The translations under genes and the position numbers were made by a program. Below the pieces are notes generated by a model, which saw only the letters and a list, made by a program, of their open reading frames with translations, ran no database searches and had not been told where the DNA came from. Positions 1 to 9,170 of a stretch of DNA of 64,000 bases are shown here, one piece after another. How positions within the stretch are numbered: position 1 is the stretch's first letter; the number at the start of each line of letters is the position of its first letter. The stretch comes from Microthyrium microscopicum (Eukaryota), in contig MU004233.1 in assembly GCA_010405405.1 (NCBI GenBank), positions 437,067-501,066 of the forward strand, in the 5' to 3' direction.

Positions 1-333
1 ATTTATCGAAAGCGATGGGAAATATAACACCTTTTAATTAGCAGCGTTCGTGGGAGCCATCGACGCTGATGGGAGAACGCCAGTTATTTGAGAGAAACGT
101 ACCAGAAATTTAGCCCAGATACTAAATTCATTTGACTGTGAGCGAGAATTGGAATGTGTATGATTCTTCTCCGTTACGGTATCAACCTTGGGGAGCACAA
201 TCTCCGGATGGCTGGACCCGTCAATTGATGCAAGTACGAGTGTCGGCCTTGACGGGTGAGATAGTACTGTTCCAAGCTGCAGCGGGCCATCGGAACTAAA
301 ACTGAAGTCTGGAGGTAGAAACCAAGTCGGCAT
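1..333 (-). CDS. Fungal gasdermin-like pore-forming protein (RCD-1/HET-Q1 family), 5' part only; runs off the left edge
   Basis: N-terminus MPTWFLPPDFSFSSDGPLQLGTVLSHPSRPT...LPKVDTVTEKNHTHSNSRSQSNEFSIWAKFL matches the WFLxPDF..G.LxLGxh..P pattern I recognise from fungal gasdermin N-termini. A GTACGT intron donor follows ...KFL (~102). The rest of the gene lies outside the window. Confidence 0.7.
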
Positions 334-1336
334 GATTATGCTTGCTGGAAAATGTAGATCAATTCAAAGAGCAAGCTGTAAGGTAAAAATCAGAGAGCAA
401 TATTAGTACGTGCTAGCGTTGGGCATGAGGTTACGCGGAAATGGCGCATTATTCTGCAGACGATATCGCTGGGCTGTAGCTGCATGCAAGCAAGCTATCA
501 AGATTAAAACTACCTGTTACTAGTAGCTCGAATTGAAGTTCAATTTTCTATTCCATAAAGCCCATAACTTTTGGGGAACAGTACCTTCTTTCCGACGTAC
601 TCACTATCTGAATTTATCTAACCTCGTTGTATCAGTCGAATTCGAATACGAATTTGAAGAGAGAGATTTTGAGTGATATATAATCCCGTCTTTTACAGAG
701 CGTGATGGGTATTTGTCCAGGTCGTGTCTGAACTTGAGTGAGACGAATAGACGTTACAAGATACTAGTAGATTCAAGTTATTGTAGAGCATCGTCACCTC
801 GCAACTAATAATCGATCGCACTCTTTACCTTGTCTTACTATTCCAAACGCGCGCTATGGCAACACTGGAGCGAACTTCGCTTCCCGATGCTCAACGGCAT
901 ATTTTTCGAAGGACATCCTATCTGCGCGCCAAGTTCAATTTGTAAATCGAAACAACGATGCAGCGAAGTGGTGAAGAACTTTTAACGACGTGCAGATGGC
1001 TGTGCCTCCTGTTGGAAGATTTCTTCTCGTGTATCTCGTGGTAACGAGTTTAGGAGATCAAGATCAAGCTGCGAAGATCACGGCTGTTCTGGAGAAGAAG
1101 ATGCTGCTTACCATAGCGTGGAGGGGGGAGTTATAGAAATCATCATATGATGATTTGGTACACAAATCTACAATTTCTTCCCCTTTGCCGATTAAAGTTA
1201 TGCAGACATTGTTGTTACGATGATGAAAGCATAATTGAGAAGAATAAAAACGATCATAACATGCTAAAGTTATTCGTTCTTGCCTAAGATTCCCCTATGA
1301 TCATTTGCAAAACTCCCCCTCGCGCGCTATTTATGG

Positions 1337-1451
1337 TAGGCAGCTGGACCGAACATGCTGGCCCAAGTCTATTTCGCAGATGCAGCCACAGCTGGTGCGA
1401 CTTCAGCATCAGGTTCTGAAGATCCAGTAGCATGTTCGGTCCAGCTGCCTA
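1337..1451. repeat. Perfect 23-bp inverted repeat with 69-bp spacer, overlapping the NLR stop codon
   Basis: TAGGCAGCTGGACCGAACATGCT (1337-1359) is the exact reverse complement of AGCATGTTCGGTCCAGCTGCCTA (1429-1451). Confidence 0.9.
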
Positions 1452-4397
1452 AGCCAAAGGAGTCTGATAAGCCGAACTTGCAGATGCTTGCATGAATTTA
1501 GTGCCAACAAGAATTCCTGGTGCGTGTTCAGCATTGGGATCTGAATATCCAATGCCAAAGGAGTCTGCCAAGCCGAATCTGCCATGTCTTTGTATGAAAT
1601 TAGTACCAACAACAATTCCGACCAAAGGTATGCTGTGTGAAGTAGTGAAGCATTTAATAAACAGAGATTTGGGACTGTGCCCAGTTAAAGGCAGTCCGAC
1701 TTCACCGGCTGGTGGAGATGTGTCCGAGTTTGAGTCCTTGAACCACCAGTCTGCTGCAACATCAATGATGGGCCACTCGAGGCTTTTCGCTAATGAGGGT
1801 GATATCCAATTATACCTGCTGCCAGAATCAAATCGGAGTTCTACAGGTATTATTTGGCCCGATTTTCGATTGATTGTTCTCATATCGGTGGTGAAAGTTG
1901 GTGTCGTGCTTCGAGGCCTTGGTGTCTCTCGAGCTGGTGGCAATTCTCGAGATATTGCGGTCTTTCCCTTGACAACATCTTTATGCAGCTTATTGACTGC
2001 GTTCATTGGAAAGCCCTGCAGATAGTGGTGAATCTCGCTGAGACTTTGTCCATCGATGATGAGATCCTCAACTTCTTGCAAGCCCAACTTGGCCAACAAG
2101 AAACTGCCTTCCGCACCATTGACTATGGTATCGACCATCATTTCCATCTGCGATCCGTCGAACTCATGAAGCGCGGATATTCGATCTTGAGCATACTTCG
2201 TAATGTCGTACCTGGTGCAGTCTTGCAGTCTTAAGTGTGGACAATCCCCCAAAATGTACGAAAGTCCAGGCCAGGATCGGCTCGAAACGCAAACTCGGAC
2301 TACAACGCTCCGTGCAACCTTCGGCGGAGTAGCTAGATCCTTAAGGAATTGAGCAATTTCTTCTGCTTCGTCAACTGCTTCGTCCAAAGCATCTACAAAG
2401 AGACAGACGCAAATATCCCTGAAAAGCAGGAGTATAGAATCTAGAATCTTTTTCAAAAGTTCTATCGACCACTTCGATGTCGGTTCATTCATGAATGTTA
2501 TGTGAAGCAAAGTATCGGAAGTATCGGCAAACCGAGGAACAGTCTCCAGAAGCTGGTAAATAAATGAAAGAAGCAAAGCCCTGAATGAATTGTTCGCATC
2601 GGAAATTTTGCTGTTGAAGAAGAATGAGTGTATCACAAGGAGACCATTCGTGAGTCCTCGCCGCGTGCGTGGATCATCGTAGAGGAACTTCATGAGTGTA
2701 GATTTGCCTGAACCCGCTTTTCCCTCAATCCAAAAGAGGCCGTCAACTCCATGAAGCCAGTTGGTGAAATGCGTTTCTGAATTGGTGAATACCCACTCGA
2801 AGGTTCCTTCATGCGCATTCTCGACGAAGCCAATGGCACCACTTACGTAATATAACACATGGCTTTCGAGTATCTTATGTTGAATCATTTCTAGTAGGAG
2901 TCAGTACTATGCCGATGGGTGGTCCATTATAGAAAACGAACCACGAGTAGGAGCTTCCTGGGGCTGGGAGGCTACAGTACTTTAGCTATTGTTGAACAGT
3001 TCAATGCGGACTACTCTACTTACTGCTTGTGTATGAAGCTGGTACGAGCTCAACTTCTTCATAGATGTATCTGGAAATCACACGCTCGACTTTCTGATAG
3101 TTGCTATCGTCCTCGCCTGTGAATTTGCACATGCCCAGATGATTGACGCTGTCGAGATATTCGTGTCCCGAGTATGCAGGAGCATATTCAGAGAAGCAAC
3201 CAGAAATATTGTCGACAACCTAAGGAATCAATAGTCAGCTTATCGTGAATGCAAGACTTTTGTATTCGCTAAGGCACTTTGTAGGTAAGTACCCAGGATC
3301 TACGCTCAGCTTGCAAATCACATTAGCATGTACACCCTCAAGCATTGGCGAGCAAGAAGTATGCACACTCCGCAGCGGGACCCCATAATTGTTCCATAGA
3401 GCAAATAGTCGGGCCTAAGAACGATGTATAGCCAGTTGATCACGAAGAAGCGCACAAGAAACGTCTAGGAGTGGTGTAAGAAGAGGAGACAACGACTAAC
3501 CAACTGTGAACGACTAGCATCAAGTTTGGATTTCTCTGTTTCCAAGAAGGAGTACGTTGGGAAGTCATTAGGTAGCATCTGATAGAAGTCCACACTCGCC
3601 CTTTTCAGGGACACCTCATCTGGATGTATTGAAGATGCGTCGGAGCTCATTCTGTTGAGAGCATTATCTCGGTACGTCGAGGTAGGCGTGTCTTCTGGTG
3701 TAAATGTTGTGGCAATGATGATGTCCTTCACTACCATGCCCAAGGTTTTGAATTCGTTCTCTCTATGAGGTGTACCAAAAAAGACAATACCTCGTGTCGA
3801 TTTGTGTATATCTCTGTGGAACTTGACGGAATTTTTAGCCTCGCATATGGCCTGAGAATACCGTCAGCACAGTTAGATGTGAAATCGGTTGAACCTACCT
3901 ACCTGCTTCAAAATGATACCCCCAAGGCTGTATGCAACAAATATGATAGGTCTTCTGGGACAGTCCAGTCTATAGCTGTATAATCTATCGAGAAGAATTT
4001 GTCCATGCCTAACAATATCTATGCGCTCGTGGTTGATGGGCCCCTTTGAGCCTCCAAACTGTCGTGAAAAAGTTGCGATACAGAAATCATGTCCATAACT
4101 TAATACTCGAACATGCGGAAAATCTCGAGCAAGCAAATCTTTCGGCCAGAAGATGGGGGCGTCGGTCGTCGAATTACGGCCTACCCAAGTATCGACTGGG
4201 TGGCCTTCTAGGCCGTGAATGAAAACAATGCTGCAATAAGTAACTCCAGTCAGCAGCGCTCGAATAAGTATGCTTTGGTCGGAGACGACTTGTAGCATCT
4301 AATGAGCATATCATTGGAGAAAGACTAACTCGGCTAGAGGGTCCACGCCCTGGGACAACACGGTGATTCCTTTACGCGATATATCAGATGGATCCAT
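1449..4397 (-). CDS. NLR-like STAND protein: SesB-like alpha/beta-hydrolase + NACHT NTPase + C-terminal retropepsin-like aspartic protease domain (spliced)
   Basis: Manual exon chain 4397-4330 / 4230-3903 / 3851-3501 / 3219-3024 / (possible 30-nt microexon) / 2890-1449 is in frame with GT-AG introns. Hydrolase motifs: DIVFIHGLEG, FWPKDLL, PIIFVAYSLGG, STRGIVFFGTPH, NHLGMCKF. NACHT motifs: FWIEGKAGSGKSTLMK (Walker A 2700-2723), CLFVDALDE, VCVSSR. Protease motifs: LRFDSGSRYNWISPSLA (DSG 1821-1829) and IVVGTNFI. Confidence 0.85.
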
Positions 4398-4861
4398 TAA
4401 TTTCCAGAGTGATTAGATCCAGAAAAGGCACTGGAGGTCAATAAGTACTGCTTAATCCACATCGATCGATTCTCTACCAATGGTGTGAGTGAGAGATCCT
4501 AAACGGGTAACAGGACTTGACGATTATTGAAGCGCAGGGAGTCAAAACGTAAGAATCGAGCTGTACTGCGTTCTTCGCAGAACTACTCCGAGGTAGCATT
4601 CACGACACGAGAGGATTAGAAAGTAGCAGCGAGTTCCGGGAGCCAAGCTGGAGTCTGAAAAGCTGAGGAGCCCAATATATGTGGCAGTGCAACAACAGCA
4701 CCAGCCACAGCTAGTCATACCTAAACCATGAGGTCCCATTCCCTAAGTTCAATCTACAACCACATAATTTCCCTACATGAGGCATCTTAGTAGAACTATC
4801 TGCGCAGTGCTAGATATAATGGAAACCGGAGAGGGTAAATCTTATAAAGTGTGGTGGTAGA

Positions 4862-4958
4862 CTATGACGGCGCATTACCGCCAACCCCGCTCAAGATAAG
4901 AACTTCTAAACTTCTAAACTTCTAAACACGTTACTATATTACTACATTAGCAACGTTA
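4862..4958 (+). repeat. Left terminal inverted repeat
   Basis: CTATGACGGCGCATTACCGCCAACCCCGCTCAAGATAAG(AACTTCTA)x3 AACACGTTACTATATTACTACATTAGCAACGTTA; reverse-complement match to 16119-16223. Confidence 0.95.
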
Positions 4959-5820
4959 CCCTATTACTATATTACTATATTACCCTTTAATCTCTAGAGC
5001 TCTAGGTTATAATTATAAATAATTATAATCCTACTTTACTACTTAGAAGTTATTATATTTATATTAAGATATATCTTTTTAATAAGTTAGTATAATTATA
5101 TATATATTATATAATAATTAGTAGGAAGTATAAAATATAAAGTATATAAATAATTACTAAATATAAGTTTATATTACTATCTAACGAATAGGTATATATA
5201 TATATATTTACCTAAACTAATTAAGTATTTATCTCTTTCTTAGAGTTATTCCTTATACTTTTTACTTTATTACCTTATCTATAATAAAATACTAGGCCTT
5301 ACTTCTATTAATTTAGAGTTCTATTAGGATAAAATTAAAAATCTTATTATAGAATAGTTTTTTACTTATCTAAAAATTATATATTAACTAAAAGAAAACT
5401 ATAATATTAATATTACGCTAAGTATACTACGTTAAAGAATTAAGTAATAGAAAATCTAATACTCTATAACTTTTCTATTAGAGCGCTATAAAAAGCTTAA
5501 AAAAATAATAAAATTCTTATTCTATAATAAGAATAATAATAAAGATAAAATACTCTTTACTCTTTAAACTATAAGATATTTAATAACTATATAAATTCTT
5601 TAGCATTATTAGTAAAAGCTTAATCTTAAACGTTACTATAAGTTTACGTTAAATAAAGATTTTATAATAGCTTACTACTAAGATAAAGTAATAGTTCTAG
5701 CTAAGCTTTATAAGACTTATTTATTAGTATTATTATATAGCTATTAAGCTCTAGCTACTAGACTTTATAAATATAGATACCTAATTCTAAAGGCCTAAAT
5801 TAATTAAATTTAATAAGATT

Positions 5821-6514
5821 TAGATCCTATTAATATATAAGCTTATTAAAAACAAAAATATTAAAAACGTAGTAAATATAAAACTAAAAGCTTAAACTAT
5901 ATCTAGTTAATTAATAAGTATAATAAACTTAAAAAAGTAAAAATTAAAATTTATAGCTATATTAATGCTTACTTATAAAATATAATCTAGTATTATATTA
6001 GTATATTAAATACTATAAGTATAAATTATTTATATTAGTACTTAGATTAGTTAACTATTAATCTTATAATCTCTTAGTTTATCTACTTAAATTAAAGAGG
6101 CAAAACTATAATACTTACTAATACTTATTATAAGTTTATAAAGACTCTAGAGTATAGAATTTCTTTCTTAAATTATTATCTATATAGAACTAGTATTATA
6201 AATTAGAGAATTAAGCACTAATAAGGAAGCCTTAATAAATTAATATTAACTAAATAGTAAGTAAGTTATATAACTACGTATACTTAAGAATTAGTACTAA
6301 TATAATAACCTACTAGATATTCTTTAATAAGCTAATTAATAAAAGTTCTTATTTAAAAGATAAACTTAAAGACTAAATTATAATACTAGTTATTTACTTT
6401 CTTATTCTATAGCGCGTAATAAAGAAATTTATTAATAACTAAAATAATTATAAGATTATTAATAATAAGAAAAAGTAACTATATATAGTAAATAATAAAC
6501 CTTAGTATCTATAT
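5821..6514 (+). pseudogene. RIP-inactivated integrase-core (IS3-like DDE) transposase, core region
   Basis: The frame starting at 5889 reads SLNYI*LINKYNKLKKVKIKIYSYINAYL*NII*YYIS...FIYLN*RGKT...NYYLYRTSIIN*RIKH**GSL. Reverting C>T/G>A changes gives GPNYIWSIDGHDKL..GIEIYGCIDAYSRNIIW...FIRSDRGGET...DCYLYGTS..NQRIE.WW. After a GTAAG intron (6261) it reads FV..WN.H.I....RP....G.P..LY. Confidence 0.8.
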
Positions 6515-8279
6515 ACTCTTTCCTAAAGAGTATAAGATATAAGCCTAGTTATTAATCTAGTAATACTTTAGGCTAAGAAAGTAGTAGTAGAAAACTAAAA
6601 TAAGGATACTTTTTTACTACCTAATATACTTTAATAGTATAATAAAAAGCTAGATATAATAAAATTTAATCCTAATAATAACCTCTTTAAAATAAAAGAG
6701 AATTAGCGTAACTTAATAAACTTATATCTTAGTTACTATCTTTACTTATAAAGAATAATTAATTGCTATATAGTATTAGGTAATACCCTAATTTTAGCTA
6801 TTCTTAAAAATCCTTAAGGTAGTAAAGCTTAGATTAGAGATTACTTAAATTACTCTATAGTTTAGAAGATATAGAGAGCTATAAATAAGGATAATAAAAA
6901 TGATAATATTATAGAGTTTTAAGCTACTATAGAACGTATAGGACTTAACTATCTTAATAATAATTAATTAAAGAATAATTCTAATATTAATTTAGCTAAA
7001 GAAGAGGAAATTTAAGCTAATAATATAAAAAGTAAAGGTAATATAGAAAAAAAGCTTTAGTTTATATTTAAGTATTCTAATTAATAATAATAATTTATAA
7101 TAATTTTATATACCTTAACTACTTTTTAAAACCTTACTATACTAGTAAAGCTTAATACTATAAAATATATTATTAGATAAATAGCATATTTTCTTTATAT
7201 TAAGTAGTTAAAGATTTCTAAATCTCTTAAGTCTTTTAAATCTCTTAAATCTCTTAAGTCTCTTAAAAAAGATAATATAGATATTACTTAAATTTTTAGT
7301 TTCTTTCTTTATTCTTAATAGCATTAATAATAGAGTAAGGGCCTATAGTAGCATTAGGCTTAGTACTCTTAGGTACTTATTCTATTATTATAAATAGCGT
7401 ATAAATTAATTATAATTAAGTAACTAAAATATAATACTTAAAGTGTTAGACGCTTATAGATATATCTTTTAAAAGAGTTATTCTTATGCTTTTAGTTATA
7501 TCTACTAACCTATAAGAGCCTAGGTAAAGATAGATAAAAGATAACCTAAGGCCTTATATATTATTACTACTAATACTATATATAATTAAAAACCTAAATA
7601 ATATAATTAAGGTTTCTAACTCTAAAATGCTACTATAACTATAGTAATATATTAAATAAGAGCTTCTTCTTATTAAAATAAAGAAATATAACGATATCCT
7701 ATTATAAAATCTAAGTAATAAAAGAACTCTAGATAATTCTATTAAGGTATAATATAATTAAAAAAGCTACTAGAACTATGTAGAATATAAATTAATAAAT
7801 GCTATAGTAAAGCTAAATCCTATTATATAAAAGATTTAATAAGGCATATTAATAATTCCTAAAAAAAAAGATATAAGATTCTATTAAGATATAAGTATAA
7901 AAACTTACCCTAGTTTAGTTCCTAAAATAACTTTAGTATAAATAAAATAAAAAGTAGAGATCTATTCTTATATTATTAACTATAAGACGTAGAGTAACTA
8001 TATATAATTTAACTTTATTAAAGAATATTATAAGTAGCCTAGTTATTAAGATAGCTTATACTAATGTATATAATAGCTTTAGTAAATATAAACCTTTTTT
8101 AAGGTAACGTTAAAGGTATTTAGGACTTTATTTATAAATACTTAGCTCCTTATTTAAACGATATAGTACTTACTAACTATAATAAAGTCTTTACCTATAA
8201 TAAGGGTATCTAAAACGTTAAACTTATTAATAAAATTAAACTAGGTAAAAGACCTATAAGTTGCGTATTCTTAAAGAAT

Positions 8280-9170
8280 AAGAAGGGTAAAGCTTTAAGC
8301 CTTTCTTTAAAGTAAGGAAAGCCTCCTAAGATTAGCCTTATTAGTAAAATATATAATATTATTAAGCTAGCTAGTATTACTATAAATAAGTTTATTAAAA
8401 GAGCTACCTTTAACATTAATAAGAAGGGTTAACTATAAATCTACTTAATTATATATAAGTATTAAGAAATTATTCTAGACTCTAATTCTAATATATTTAC
8501 CTTATTAGCGCTTATCCTAAAGACTTTAAAGGTACTTATCTTAAAGACTCTAAAAATACGCTAATAGCTACCTTTAGAATAAACTTCTTTAAAACTTAGG
8601 TTAAGTAAAGCTATTAAAGCTAATCTAGGTACTTAAGTAAAGCTTAAGAAAGTTAAGCTTAATATAGACGTTCTTAAGAAGATAAAAGCTACTATACTAA
8701 AAGCTAAGTAAATTATAAAGGACCTATAAATAGCAAAAGATCTAATAAAAAATAAAAGTAGATAAGGCCCTAAGTCTACTATAGATAATAAAGATAATAG
8801 CCCTAGTAATAAGAAAAAAGCTATAGCTAGTAGTAAAGATAATAATTCTAATACTTTATTATTATTACTAAGGACGTTATTCTAATAATTAAGAGAGAAG
8901 AAAGCTACTAAAGAAAAGAAAGAAGCTACCGCTACTAAGTAAAAAAAGAAAACTACTAAATAAGATATATAAAAGTAGGCTATATCCTAGGTTAAGCTAT
9001 TAAAGAATAGTATATCTACTTATACTTTCTAATTTTATAAGGTAGTACTTACTTTAGCGAATGAATAAGTAGCTATAGCTATTAAAGTAGATACTCTTAA
9101 GGCGGCTAAAGCTAACGTAGTAATAAAGAAGTATAAAGGGCGTAAAAGAAAGGATATAAAATATAAATAT
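8280..9170 (+). pseudogene. RIP-degraded Lys/Glu/Ala-rich (coiled-coil-like) ORF relic inside the element
   Basis: Long stretches of codon-like phase (AAG/GCT/CCT), e.g. KKATKEKKEATATK*KKKTTK*DI*K*A and AIAIKVDTLKAAKANVVIKKYKGRKRK. Stops are TAA/TAG, consistent with RIPped CAA/CAG. Confidence 0.4.

Noticed and set aside
900..1115. Possible small gene between the gasdermin and the NLR (ATG|GTAAGC on the minus strand)
   Set aside because: All frames close quickly and no motif was recognised.
1280..1451. Stop-codon readthrough or A-to-I editing of the NLR UAG as a real extension
   Set aside because: The in-frame downstream peptide has no recognisable features; the shifted frame explains the local homology better.
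1492..2234. Plus-strand ORFs 1492-2025 and 1854-2234
   Set aside because: They are antisense shadows of the NLR exon with no motifs.
4901..4924. AACTTCTA tandem units as a CRISPR or telomeric repeat
   Set aside because: There are no spacers, only 3-4 units, and they lie inside the transposon TIRs of a eukaryotic locus; the motif is not TTAGGG-like.
8210..8416. 68-aa hydrophobic ORF on the minus strand
   Set aside because: It is an artefact of RIP (I/L/F-rich antisense of a degraded plus-strand ORF).
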